A DNA stretch of 64,000 bases from Octopus sinensis (GCF_006345805.1 NC_042997.1:83762001-83826000); one strand, 5' to 3'; shown: positions 35,539-48,875, counted from the first letter of the stretch. Numbers and translations: made by a program. Notes: generated by a model from the letters alone, not told the origin.

Positions 35539-38500
35539 ACATATGTGTGCGTGTTACTGCCTCCTTGCCTTGACATGGCATGGCATGGCAGTCATGAGTG
35601 TCATCAACATGCAAGTAGTGTCTTTTGTTTCCAATATCCTGTGAAAAGATGTCTGATCTTGGGGTAATATTACCTAACCCAGAAACAGGTGAGGGTTGGC
35701 AACAGGAAGAGCATCTGGCTGTAAAAAAATATCCAACTCAACAAATTTCGTCTGACCCATGCAAGTATGGAAAAGTCAACATTAAAATGATGATGATGAT
35801 GCTGATTACCTTATTGCTCTGTAGAATCACAGCACATCTACTGTGTGCTTTCACAAGTGAAGAAACTATGGAAGTGATGTATTTCATCGTTCTAGCTGCA
35901 TATAATAACCCAACTCCCATAACAACAATGGCTACTCCTGAGAGCCAACGTTTATGATTCATATTGTTGAAGACACAAGCAATGAAGTGTTATAGAGGCA
36001 TTTTGAGTGCACATTTTCCTAGTATTTTCCCCTCTTTTACTTGTTTCAGTCATTAGACTGCTGCCTCAAGGACTTTTAGTTGAACTAATTGACCTGAGTG
36101 CTTATTTTCTTTTTAAACCTGGTACTTATTCTGTTGGTCACTTTTGCTGAACTGTTAAGTCACAGGGATGTAAACACATCAACACCAGTTGTCAGTTGGT
36201 GGTGGGGAACAAACACCAACACAAAGATACATACATAATATTATGTAGTTCTTGGTCCAGGTGGTATGCTGTCTCTTTGACCAAAGCACTTCATCTCAAA
36301 TTGCTTTCATTGTACTCTGCTGAAAATAAGTACCAGTTTAGTGCAGTGTTGTTGCAACCTTCTTTTCCTCCAGCTGTCACATCAACAAAGAAATGACTAA
36401 AAGAGTGACTAATCAACGCAATCTTTACATTCAACATCCTTTTAAATACCACACACAATTAAATTGAAAAGAATTGTGAGACAGGCAGCTTCTCATCACA
36501 ACAAAGAAACACTACAGAAATACAAAGCCGATGATGTTTTAAAGACTGCGTAAGACTGAAGGCAATTCCAAGAAAGCAAGTAATATGAGAAGGAATGCTG
36601 AGTTAAAGTAAATACCAATAGAGAAACAAGAATTTGTTGAGATGATTACTAGCAAGGAAACAGTGAAGTATCCTTCATTAGAATTTATTTAGCAAAGGTT
36701 ACCAAAATGAAGGAGAAAGTTTGAAAATCTATTTAAACAAATGAGGTAATGAGAGACATGGTATGTTGAAAAATGAAGTAAAACAGTATGTATGATCAAA
36801 CTATGGTGTCAATGGAGCATACAGAGTAACAGTGGAATAATGTGATGCAGGTAACGTACTATCAGTGGTAGTGAGTGTGAAGGTTATATAGAGCTGCTTT
36901 TCTGAACAGATGCTCAAACTAAGGAATATGAACAGAATAAAAATTTATCCAAAATAAATCTATCATCAGGCCAGCCAGAGACAGAGATCAGGGAGGCAAA
37001 GCAATTAGAGAGATGAGAAGAAAAAAAATCAGTAAGCTACTGTAGCTTTTTTAGATATGAAGCAATGCATAGTGGTTAGTTGATCTATAACAACATACAA
37101 CTGAAAGAGAGAAAACCAGTATGACTGTTAAAAAAAGATACACTACAGGGATATATATCCTGTTTTATGAATGAACATCTTGAGATAAAGGAAACAAACA
37201 AACAAAACACACACACACACAAAAAAAGAAACAAAACAAGAAAACAATAAAATGTTTATTTGTAGGTTTCCTGTTTAGTGACTTATCACAACTTAGAAAG
37301 TATCTAACCAGACAAAACAATAAAAAGACAACAATGAAGCTTCAATTCTTCATAAACCAACTACACACAATAAGACAGAGTAGCCACCTTCTGATAAAAA
37401 CTCACCAAATTATACTGTATGGAACTTTGAACATATGTCTTCCTTAATGATGCTCTCCTCATTCTTTCCCTACACACACACACAATCTTTCAGCACATTA
37501 AATAGTGAATAACCAAGCAGCAATAGCAGGTTAACGTTCTTTGTAAAAGCAATGACACGAATGGTGACATTAATACTTTTTTTTTTCGTTATTTCCTTTC
37601 TTTGGCTGCAGTTTTTATTGTGGTTCTATGAATGCTTTTATAATAATTTCTTCTCTTACCTGATGCTGTGCTGACTGTCATTTGATGGAAACCTTTAGAG
37701 ACTGGCTTTCCATTAAAACAGCTGATTGCTTATCCCCTTAGCAGAGAGATATAATACCGATAAGCATAAAATGCTGGGAAATGTTTTCAATGACACTTAT
37801 TTTCCTTTTCCATGTGCAAATGCTGTTTGTTATTTAAGATATTATGTGGCTGGTAAATGGAATTGCTATTACACTTAATGCACATCTAAGTGACAAACAT
37901 ATAAGCTATATAATAAAGGTCTGTTGAAGTAGGAGATTCCTAGAGAGAAAGAATCTTGTCTGAATGCTTTTGCATTCATTTGAAGAAAAAAGGTGAGGAC
38001 GGAGAGGGAGGTGATGCTTGTCAGAGAATTTACTGAAAGGTAGGTGAGAATGGACGGTGTGAATGGGCCTGCTCACAGCATGCCTCTGTAGGCTCAGAGA
38101 ACACAGCAACACAGCTAGAAGAAGGCACTTGCCTTCAGCAATCAGGGGTTCTTTGAATAAATCCTAGGTGGAAGTCCCCTCCCCCCACTGGGACATTTCA
38201 TTTCATACCTTTTGTATATTGTTCTTTTCTGTGCATACAATTTTTTCCTGTCGGAATTGATTCTGTGTAAAACCTCCATTGTTTTTATATGTCCTTCTTA
38301 TATCTTCTCATTCATCACCCGTGTGACAAATAAAAAAATCTTTATCAATATCATTATTATTATTATTAGCATGCTGGACAAAATACTATGCATAATTCCT
38401 TTTGGTTTTACATTCTGAGTTCAAATTCTGCCAAGGTCAACTTTGTATTTCATCCTTTCAGGGTTGATAGATTAAGTACCAGTTGAACGCTGGGACTGAT

Positions 38501-39091
38501 GTAATTAACTAGTCCCCTCCCCAAGAATTTCAAGCCTCATGCCTATAACAGAAATTATCATTATTATTATTATTATTATTATTATTGCTTCTGTTGTTGC
38601 TACCATATTTTCCTTTTTTTTTTTATTTATTCCTGCTTAATATTTGGGTGATGAAGTTTCAGTTGTTAGCAGACAATTCGCTTCTGGACAGAAAAGCTGT
38701 AAAATAAAACTCTGGTATGAAAACCAACTGTGACAAATTGAATTTATAGCCAGTATGCAAAAGTGTAAGTTGTAAACACTTTCCTTGTATAAAACAATAA
38801 AACTCACATTGGGAATCTTGTTATTGTTTAAATGGGATAGTGGCAATAAACAAGCAAGTTTAGTTAAATTACAAATAAGTACACATTAAACTGATGTATA
38901 TCTGTACTTTATTAAACTTGCTGAGATTGGACAAGCTAGGTTCCTGTAACAAGCATATGAAACTTTAAGTTGTATGAGGCCAGATCAAATTGTTTTTAAA
39001 TATCATATGTAACTCCTACTGGATGTCATACTAAACATGTTGAATGCCTCTTCCTTTTGTTTGTCCATTCATTCATGTGTGTGTGTGTGTG

Positions 39092-39245
39092 TATGGCTGT
39101 GTGGTAAAAAGCTTGCTTCCCAATCACATAGTTTGGGGTTCAGTCCCACTGCATGGCACCTTGGGCAAGTGTCTTCTACTACAGCATTGGACCAACCAAA
39201 GCCTTGTGAATGGATCTGGTAAACTGAAACTAAAAGAATCCCATC
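39092..39245 (+). mobile_element. SINE family A, 5' half
   Basis: Family A head; ends at a TA-rich tract just before the Tc1 insertion. Confidence 0.8.
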
Positions 39246-39271
39246 ATATATATGTGTGGCGTATATAAATA

Positions 39272-40862
39272 TAGTTGCGGCCAAAATGTTCAGAACGGCA
39301 TTGTTTTCGTCAGAAAGGTAGGTATAAGTTTTTATCAAAGTTGTTATATATTCTATACTTTTCACAAATACGATATTAATTGTTATTGCCTGAGATTTTA
39401 GTGTAATTTGAGAGGATAATACAAAAGTTATGGATGATTTAGTGAGTTACTGCAAAACCCATGGCGGCCAAAATGATCAGAACGGTTGAAAAAATAACAA
39501 AATAATCAATATTTAATATTTAGTGTGAAGCCCTTTAGCTTCAATCACACTCTGACATCTTCGACTGCATGAGGAAATTAAATTTTCAATTTCTTGCTGG
39601 GTGATCTTATTCCATTCTTCCTGAAGGGCATTCCAAAATTGCTCGGTTGTTTTAGGATTTCTGGCTTTCGAACGTTCTAGAATATTCCACACATTTTCAA
39701 TAGGATTGAGATCTGGGCTTTGAGCAGGCCAATCCAATACAATAACCTTTTTAGCCTTGAGGAAATTCATGACCACCTTAGCCTTGTGACATGGGGCATT
39801 GTTCTGCATGAATATGTGTGGTCGCTTAGTTGAATTTCTCAGCACAGGCAAGACATGATCTTTTAAAAGTTGTTTATAAACTCCTGCATTTACCTTTCCC
39901 TGTAATCGCACCAAAGGGCCCACACAATCTCTAGATATCATCCCCCAAACCATGACACTTCCTCCACCGAATTTAACACTAGCCTTAAGGCATTTAGGCG
40001 ACAATTTTTCACCTACTTTTCGACGAGCGTACCTTTTCCCATCTGTGAGCCAAATAACATAAACTTAGATTCATCACTGAAATGCACCGTTTGCCATTTT
40101 TCTTGAGACCACAACACATGTTTGGTTGCAAAGGTAAGATGACACCTTTTATTCTTAGAGCTGATCAGTGGCTTCACTGCAGGTGCTCTTGCTTGTAGGT
40201 CATGTTCAACTTAACGATGAGACACAGTTTTTCGAGATAAAGTTTTCTTCAGTACAATGCTCATTTCCCAAGAAACAGCAGCAGCAGTTTTAAATCCGTC
40301 CAACTTTACCATAGTACAATCTTCTCTCTTGGTCATTTTTCTTGGCCTACCTGTAGACTTTCTTGCTTCACATGAACCACAATCATCGTAGACCTTAAGA
40401 ATACCATGAACAACACTTTTTGACTTGTTAACAATCTTTTCAATAGACCCAATACTTAAATTATCCTTCTTTCGAAGCTTAATAATCTGCTGACGAATTG
40501 GTAATGGAGTAAGTGGCATTATATTAACAAAGTACACTGCAGATATTCTTACTAATGTTTAGTAAACGAACTGTCACGTAAACAAATTCAAAACATTAGA
40601 GTTCGCCGGTTAAATATACTAAAACACGGAGTAAAAGCAACCGTTCTGATCATTTTGGTCGCCATGGATTTTGCAGTAAATCACTAAATCATCCATAACT
40701 TTTGTATTATCCTCTCAAATTACACCAAAATCTCAGACAATAACAAATAATATCGTATTTATTGTCTGTGAAAATTATAGAATATAAAACAACTTTGATA
40801 AAAAAATTATACTTACTTTTCTGACGAAAACAGTGCCGTTGTGAACATTTTGGCCGCAACTG
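39272..40862 (-). mobile_element. Complete Tc1 (DD34E) transposon with ~220-bp IR/DR termini and TA TSD
   Basis: TA|TAGTTGCGGCCAAAATG ... CATTTTGGCCGCAACTG|TA; inverted repeats 39272-39488 and 40638-40862, each with GCGGCCAAAATG(T/A)TCAGAACGG-like repeats at both ends. Confidence 0.95.
39513..40519 (-). pseudogene. Tc1 transposase, inactivated
   Basis: HTH-like N-terminus, GRPRK, VHFSDESKF, KFGGGSVMVWG, MQNNAPCH (catalytic D>N), 34 residues to E in SPDLNPIE; stop at 40211-13 and frameshift near 40045. Confidence 0.92.
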
Positions 40863-40866
40863 TATA

Positions 40867-41005
40867 TGCCAATATTAATAACACATGCACTGGTTTAATT
40901 CCACTCCTTTATTATTAGTCAATTGGTTAAATATGTGTCCAACTAACCAATTGATAATAATAAAAGAGTGGAATTGAACCAGTGCATGTATAATTAATGC
41001 TGGCA
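40867..41005. repeat. ~140-bp palindrome abutting the Tc1 end
   Basis: TGCCA..ACATGCACTGGTT.AATTCCACTC..CAATTGGTTA / TAACCAATTG..GAGTGGAATT.AACCAGTGCATGT..TGGCA. Confidence 0.88.
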
Positions 41006-43740
41006 CAATGACTCTCCCTAGACAACAAAATACCTGTTGGTACTTCATTTAACTGTTGAATTAAATTTAATATTTGTTTAACTTTGAGGTGACCACTTCT
41101 GGTTTGGAAAAATCAGTAATCTGGGAAGGTTTTGGGAATAAAAGGTTCTGGAAGACCAATGTTGTATTTGTATTACGAGACAGTAGGTTAAAACACTAAT
41201 ATCTAGTGAGGGATAGATTGGTAGAATTAGTAGTGTGTTAGATAAAATATATTGTGGCATGTTTGGTTCAGTTTTGTCTTTCAAAACTTTTCTGGATCAA
41301 TAAACTAAGTACAGCTAAAGCATTCAAATTATTCTGTCAAACGTAATGCTTGTCTTCACATAATTTTCAATTAACCATGCAAAATTTCATAGCTTTGAGA
41401 TTTTGATGACGTGATTGTTTACTTTTTAAATGATACTGTAGGGTAGGGGTGAAAGGCCAGATATGACCAGTTTGAAGATAAAACAGGAAAAAATATTTTG
41501 GCTACATTGGGCCAGTTTAAATGCTTGAGGGTTAAATACTGTATTTGGCATTATCAACTGTATCCTTGAAGGCAATGTTCCAGCATTTCAACAGTCCTAT
41601 AACTGAAATTGATAAAAGTCTTTTGTTCCAACTTTCACACCAAATCTTCAAGTGACTGTAAGAAACAGAACTCATTTCTAGGCTAAGCTATGGCCATAGC
41701 AACTACTTTAACTTGCTTTGGAAACCAATTTTGTCAGAAGAGAAATAGTTCAGTTCAGCAAGCTCAAAGGTTATATCATATTAAATCACAACACAGCAAA
41801 GATTTTGGCAGGCTGCAGAAAACATATGTGGAAGGGATAACAAGGTGAAGGCAGAAGTCTGTTAGATTAATTTTTCCAAAGGTGGTTCCAAACATATCAC
41901 CACATCAGAACTATGACATGTCAACAAGAGAAGTGGAAGAAATGGTCAAGATAAATATGATATAACATTCATCATTCTCTATCATTTTCTGAAGGTGGTA
42001 GAAACTCATTGCTTTCAATGAAAACATAGGTTTGTGGGGATAAAATTAATTGCATAATTCAAACTATACGTGAAATCTCAACACAAGAATTTTAATTTTT
42101 TTCCTGGGATGTAGGATTTGTTCGATTTATTGGTGTGTTATGTAAATATATTGTTGTTTTACTCTTAATATATTTTGCAACTTTATGTATATATTTATGT
42201 CTAACTAAATATGACAGAGAGATACATAGAGTGAATGAAAGTGAGAGAAAAATGGAAGAGAAAGAGAGGGGGAGATGAAGAGTGAGCAAGAGAGAAAATG
42301 AGAAAGAGAAATGAATGAGTGAAAAAAGAAAACACACACACACACAAACACACACATACACACACAAAGGGAATATTTTTGTTGAGATATCGAAGATATA
42401 GTTAAATTCTCCAAATCATATTATCATCACATAAAATAGAATACAAAAATCATATAAAATACATTGCTAAAATATGGGATAGCAAGTAGTTGAATATGAA
42501 AGATAAAAGAAATAGGAAAAGAAAGCACACACACACACACACATAATCAAAATATGATACTACCCACAAATACTTCACAAATACTACTGACCTTTGGTCT
42601 CATAAAAACATTTTTTTTTAATTGCCATCTGATAACAACTTTATAGTTAGTAAAGAGAAGTATTGATAAGCAAACAGAATCTAAATGGTATACCAGAGAA
42701 CTTTGCAATACAATTGCAGCACTGATTATTAAACATAATAATGCTTGCATATAAGTAAATATATATATATGTGTGTGTGTGTGTGGGTGTATGTATGTGT
42801 GATTGAGAGATTATATTGATAACTGAGAATATCTATGTATGCAGGTATATATAGGTTTTATAGATATCAGTATGTGTGTGTGAGTGTAATAAGTATGCGT
42901 GTGTAATGTGTAATAGGTATGCATGTGTATGTGTGCGTGTGTTTTTAAGTAATCCCATTGATGGCTTGCTCTTGTAAACTCTGTTCAGATAAGAACAGAA
43001 TTGGTAATTGGGTACACAGATATACATCTTTGTTTAGGGTGTAGATGGTAGACAATGTGTGAATGTGCAGGCTTGCTTGTGGATGTGTGTGCATGTACAT
43101 TGTAAATGTATGTGTGTATGTGGCAAAAAGAAAATCAGTTCCACTGAAAAATCTGCAGGCCATGATCTCTGATTTATGAAGAATGCCAAATGAAGCAAAG
43201 CTATTTAGATAATCTGCTGCAAGTGGATGGGATGGAGGTGAAAGGATATGAAGAAAAACTGGCAGAAAGTTCAATTTCTGGATTGATTTGAATCAATGTA
43301 AAACACTCTGCATTCTACGACAATCTACTGGAAAGGCATTCAGAAGAGGCATATCTGATGAAAAGTAGGCAGGCTGGCTGGCTGAATATGTGTGAAGTAG
43401 AGATTTTATAGTATGTTAGCCTAATAGTCAAACTGCAGAAGAGGAAGTGAATATAGCAAAAGAAAAAGAAAAAAAAAACCCACATAAATGCATTATCGAT
43501 AATCATTTGAGCAAATCAGGAAAACACTACACAACCACTAGACTTGCTAGACATAACAACCAAATCTCTTGCAAATCAAGCATTAATGTCTTAAAATGCA
43601 AAAGAAGACACTGTATAATGTAGAATTACACATACTGAACTAAAAATGCGATGGGCATGGATGGAATCCTTTTAGCTGTAGAGCTGCTCAGATAGATTGA
43701 CTTGAGAGTTAGATAACAACACAAAAACAGAAACCTATAA

Positions 43741-44156
43741 AGGTGCAGGTATGGCTGGGTGGTAAGAAGTTTGCTTCCTAACCACATGGTTCCAGGTTCA
43801 GTCCCACTGCGTGTCACCTTCTACCATAACTTCAAACTGACTAAAACCTAGTGAGTGGATTTGGTAGACAGAAACTGAAAGAACTAAAGAAAAGATAGAA
43901 ACATATATATATATATCTATGTGTGTGTCTTTACTTCTGTGTTTATCCCCCATCATCACTTGACAACCAGTGTTGGTGTGTTTGAGTCCTTGTAAATAAT
44001 CCTGTAGCTTAGCAGTACAGTAAAAGAGCCTGACAGAATAAGTACCAGGCTTAGAAAAACAAAAAAAGTACTGGAGTCAATTTGTCTGACAACAAAATTC
44101 TTCAATGAAGTGCCCCAACATGGCCAGAGTCTAATGACTGACAAAAATAAAAGATA
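43741..44156 (+). mobile_element. SINE family A
   Basis: Head, core and tail recognisable; small internal deletion. Confidence 0.8.
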
Positions 44157-44457
44157 AATGTGTGCATTTCTAAGTGAAGAAGCTGTAGCAATCTTGAGAA
44201 GCTGTATGTTTGCAAGTAAAGGATGGGATTGTCATCATCATCATCATCATCATTTAAAGTCCACGCACATATGGGTTGAATGGAATTTGGTGAAGCAGAT
44301 TTTCTATGGCCAGATGCCCTTCTTGTTGCCAACTCTCACCTGTCTCCAATTAAGGTAATATTTCCCCATAACCAGACATTTTCACAGAAGATTGGAAATA
44401 AAAGACACTGCTTACATGACAGAATTATTATTATTGTTGTTGTTCTGGTTGTTGTTA

Positions 44458-44675
44458 AGATGGTGAACTGGCAGAATTGTTAACATGCCAGGAAAAATGT
44501 TTAGCAGCATTTTGTCTGTCTTTACATTCAGAGTTCAAAATTCTACCAAAGTTGACTTTATTTTCCACCCTTTCAGGATCAATAAACTAAGTACCAGTTG
44601 AACACTGGAGGTTGATGTAATCAACTCATCCCTCCTTTAAAAATTGCTGCTCTTGCAGCAAAATTTGAAACCATT
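44458..44675 (+). mobile_element. SINE family B
   Basis: Family B consensus; other copies at 38367-38560 (+) and 45300-45498 (-). Confidence 0.8.
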
Positions 44676-44977
44676 ATCATTATTGTTGCTGTTGTAGAAT
44701 CATTAGCGTGTGAGTCAAAATGCTTTCTGCTTTTTTTGTTATGACATTTTACATTCTGCTTACTTTGCCTTTCATTCCCCCAGGGTTGATAAAGCAAAGT
44801 ACCAGCCATGTAGGGGGGGGGTGATGGGGGTATTTGATTAAATCAGCTAACTCTTTTCCTTCAAAACTGTAGACCTTGTGCCTAAATCAGCAACAATTGT
44901 TTTCATTATAATCCTACCAAAGTCAACTTTGTCTGACATCAATAAAATAAAGTACTAGTCAAGTACTGTGGGTCAGT

Positions 44978-45280
44978 CATCATCATCATCATCATCATCA
45001 TTTAACGTCTGTTTTCCATGCTGGCAAGAGTTGGACGGTTTGACTGAGGTCTGGCAATGTTTCTACAGCTGGGTGCCCTTCCTAACACTAACTGCTCTAA
45101 GAGCGTAGTGGGTGCTTTTTACGTACCACCGGCACAGGAGCCAGCCAGGAGGACCTGGCATTGATCATGTTTGGATAGTGCTTTTTACATGCCAGTCAGG
45201 GGGTACTGGCATTGGCCACGTTTGGATGGTGCTTTTTACATACCACTGGCATGGGAGCCAGTCAGGTGATCCTGGCAGCA
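44978..45280 (-). mobile_element. RTE-type 3' UTR repeat (family C, (GAT)n tail)
   Basis: CATCATCATTTAACGTCTGTTTTCCATGCTGG; other copies at ~9720, 26960, 31075, 35600, 44230, 55520-55830, 58270, 58830, 59070, 60960; the 58270 copy runs into sequence matching the RTE ORF end at ~53410-53460. Confidence 0.7.
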
Positions 45281-46717
45281 ATTCCCTTCCTTCAATCTAA
45301 TATAGGTTTCAAATTTTGGCACGAGGGCAGCAAGTTAAGAGTAGGAGTTAAGTAGATTAAGTAGTGCTCAACTAGTACTTATTTTATCGACCCCAAAAGG
45401 ATGTAAGGCAAAGTCAAACTCAGCAGAATTTGAGCTTAGACAAAATGCCACAAAACATTTTGCCCGGTGTGCTAATAATTTTGCAAACTTGCAGCCTTCC
45501 TCCACTCTTATACAGACATTCTTTCTAAATTTATGACCTTGTAGGAAATGTAAGAAATTAGACAATTATTTGGCTGCTGGAATTGAATGAGACTTTGGAG
45601 CACAAGGTGAAATATTTTATGTTCTCACAAGATGTGATATTTCCGTTGAGTTCAAATCCCTACCAGATTTAAGTTTGGCTATCTTCTCCCTAGCATTAAT
45701 ACTATACATGTCAGAAATATACAGCAATAAATTCAATGGAATAACTGTTTCTTCTTCATTTTTGTTCCAAAGCTGTACTGCTCACTGGAGGGTTCTAGCA
45801 GCCAATCAGTCTTCCTATGAGAAGGGATTGCTAGCCCCTCACCAGCCAGACTCCTTCTTTGAAGGAAAGGGCACTGTGAGTAGCTTCTCATGACAATTCT
45901 ACAGCACAAGTAGCTGAGACAGAGAGAAAGAGAAGGGAAGAAATAGAGGGAGGGAGAGAGTCAGAGGCAGATAGATAGAAATAAAAAAGAGAGACAGAAA
46001 GAAAAGAACAGAGAGAGAAAGAGTAGAAAGAAAAGAAGAGAGATGGAGAGAGAATGAAAAGGAGATAGAGGAGAAGTAAGAGGAGAATAAGGAGACAATT
46101 GTTCTTGCGTGTATGTATGAAGAGGTGCAACATTTTCACTGGCCTACAAGACCTGTTAATAAAGGTAAAGTCATCTTGAAGGAGGAACGGCACTTAGCAT
46201 AATACAGTCCTAGATACAATATGTCTGAGTAAATGACTAGAAGATCAGGGTAGAACTTGTTTTATTATAGGTCTGCTTCATCAGAACTGACACTGGGGCT
46301 AAACAACAAAATACAAATGAAAGAGAAAAAGACATTTATAGATGTCCAATAATGGTATTGTGATTAAAGCCAGGCAATTCTGTTGATATCGTGTTATTTT
46401 CTTATGGAATATTGTTGTAAATTTCCATCAATATTAAATTGTTATTAACCTAAGTAATTTTACAGTCAATTCTTGGATATAGAAAGAGACAAAAAGGGTA
46501 ATTTGATCAAATGTACTCAAAGACAGAAAATCAAAAGTAATATTTCATAATCTTTATGAAAATGTTTTTTTCTTTTTTGTTGTGAGATTATTACATTGTA
46601 ATGATCATTTTTCCTTTTAAGCTACAATAGAAAGTATTTTCAAACATATCTTCTTTCGTGTGTGTGTGTGCTTACATACACAAACACACATTATATATAT
46701 ATATATACATACACATA

Positions 46718-47090
46718 AGCTATGTGGTAAGAAGCTCGCTTCGCAGTCACATGGTTTGGAGTACATTCTCACAGCCATAGCAACTTGAGCAAGTCTCTTC
46801 TACTACGGCCTTGAGCTGACCAAAGCCTTGTGAGTGGATTTGGTAACAGAAACTGGAAGAAGTCCATTGTATATATGTATAAATGTGTGTCATTTTGTGT
46901 TTGTGTCCCTCTCCTCACACCATTTGACAACTGGTGCTGGTGTGTTTATGTCACCAAAACTTAGCAGTTCAGCAAAAAGAAGCAATAAAATAAGTGCCAG
47001 GCTTAATTAAAAAGTAACTACTGGGGTCAATACATTCAGCTAGAAGTTCATCAAGGCTGAAGTCTAATGACTGAAACAAATAAAAAGATA
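46718..47090 (+). mobile_element. SINE family A
   Basis: Family A consensus. Confidence 0.8.
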
Positions 47091-47234
47091 ACAATGAAAA
47101 AAAAAAAAAAATATATATATATATAAATTTAGGGTGAATACTTGATAAGTGTAAGCACCTGTATATGCCAGCTAGTAGCAGAGGTGAGAGGATATATGTA
47201 TCAAATGAAATAAAAAACAGAACACAAAGGATGT

Positions 47235-47327
47235 CGCGGTACACGTGTTTCAAGCTTTATAAACGACCTATTCTTACATCAGTGTATAATTGACATAAAG
47301 GATGGTTTAAAGCTCTCTTCAGCCGCA
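47235..47327 (-). ncRNA. Type I hammerhead ribozyme (left arm)
   Basis: TGCGG-CTGAAGA-GAGCTTTA..TAAAGCTT-GAAA-CACGTG-TA-CCGCG on the minus strand. Confidence 0.8.
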
Positions 47328-47504
47328 TGCAATTGTTATACCAAAGGTTTACATCACATTATGAAAAATCTGAAAGGTACAATTAGTGTTACCCATAATG
47401 ATAGGTATATCAGGAGACTTGATATACCTATCATTATGGGTAACACTATTTGTACCTTTCGGATTTTTCATAATGTGATGTAAACCTTTGGTATAACAAT
47501 TGCA

Positions 47505-47597
47505 TGCGGCTGAAGAGAGCTTTAAACCATCCTTTATGACAACTATAAACTGATGTAAGAATAGGTCATTTATAAAGCTTGAAACACGTGTACCGCG
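47505..47597 (+). ncRNA. Type I hammerhead ribozyme (right arm)
   Basis: Stem I TGCGG/CCGCG; CTGAAGA 47510-16; stem II GAGCTTTA/TAAAGCTT with a large loop; GAAA 47581-84; palindromic ACACGTGT; GUA cleavage triplet ending at 47592. Confidence 0.8.
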
Positions 47598-47631
47598 ACT
47601 ACCTTTGTGTTCTGTTTTTGATTTCATTTGT

Positions 47632-47663
<32 letters not shown>

Positions 47664-47669
47664 TACATA

Positions 47670-47701
<32 letters not shown>

Positions 47702-47736
47702 CATATATATGTGTATGTATGTATATATATATATAA

Positions 47737-47962
47737 AGGCAGCTAGCTGGCAGAAATGTTAGCGCGCTGGGTGAAATGTTTAGCGGTATTTCGTCTGCTG
47801 TTATGTTCTGAGTTCATATTCCGCCGAGGTTGACTTTGCCTTTCATCCTTTCGGGGTCAATAAATAAAGTACCAGTTACACACTGGGGTTGATCTAATCA
47901 ACTTAATCCCTTTGTCTATCCTTGTTTGTCCCCTCTATGTTTAGCCCCTTGTGGGCAATAAA
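47737..47962 (+). mobile_element. SINE family B variant (CpG-rich, different tail), followed by a family A copy at 47980-48222
   Basis: GCTGGCAGAAATGTTAGCGCG..TTCCGCCGAGG..CCCCTTGTGGGCAATAAAG. Confidence 0.8.
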
Positions 47963-48229
47963 GATATATATATATATATAGGTGTAGGCATGGCTGTGGG
48001 GTAAGAAGCTTGCTTCCCACCCACATTGTCAAAGCCTTGTGAGTGGACTTGGTTGATGGAAACTGAAAGAAACCTGTTGTATATATATATATATATGCAT
48101 GTATGTATTTATGTGTGCATGTCTTTGTGTCTGAGTTTGTCACCCCACCATTATTTGACAACCGTTGTTGGTGTGTTTATGACCCCTAACTTAGTGGTTT
48201 GGTAAAAGGGACCAATAGAATAAATCACC

Positions 48230-48875
48230 TTCTACTAAACCTAAGAAAATAATTCATCTTGATTGCTCCTCTTCCAGTTTTTCTAATATATATATTTGAC
48301 CTCTAATATATTCACTTTATCAATAAGACTTTTGTCCTCAGTTATTGAGTATTATGCCTACTCATAATAAATGATAGATTTTTCTCCAAAATGAATAAAT
48401 ATTAGATTTATAATTTCTCCTTTAATCCAATGTATCAAAATATTCAACACCTACCAGCAAAGTATAAAGCTGATGTATATAAGTATATAGGGATGTCTGT
48501 ATTCTCTATAACTTTCTGATATATAGGTGGTCACTGTGACCATCTGACACTGACCTAATTTTCTTAATACAAAATCTGTTTGCCAAATAGTAGTACAACT
48601 CTCTCTCTACCTTAATTTCTTTATGAAGAACTTCTGACATTTATTTCACCCCTATTTCTATAAATAGAAAATCTTTTTTGTCTCCTTTCAATTGATTATA
48701 CTTCCCAACCTTCTAGCAGTTCAAAATAACTTAATGAGTATTCTTCAGTCAGAAGATAAACTCTACTACCTTAAAATTTCTTAAAATTTAAATCAACATC
48801 TTTGTCTATATATCTACCTTCTCTATAATGTTATCAATTGATATGAAAATTATGTATTAATGGAAAACCTCTATA
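48230..48875 (+). pseudogene. Possible heavily decayed PLE reverse-transcriptase region
   Basis: Scattered RT-like remnants (NFSFN, YQQ, LP..D..I..NGK); immediately followed by a hammerhead-like fold at 48878-48961. Confidence 0.3.

Larger units (their letters stand above)
47192..47640. repeat. ~450-bp near-perfect palindrome with twin hammerheads
   Basis: Arms 47192-47412 and 47420-47640, loop GGAGACT, about ten mismatches by eye. Confidence 0.95.

Noticed and set aside
36440-37190. Purine-rich stretch with a VAFLD-like RT remnant
   Set aside because: Too degraded to support a LINE call without an alignment.
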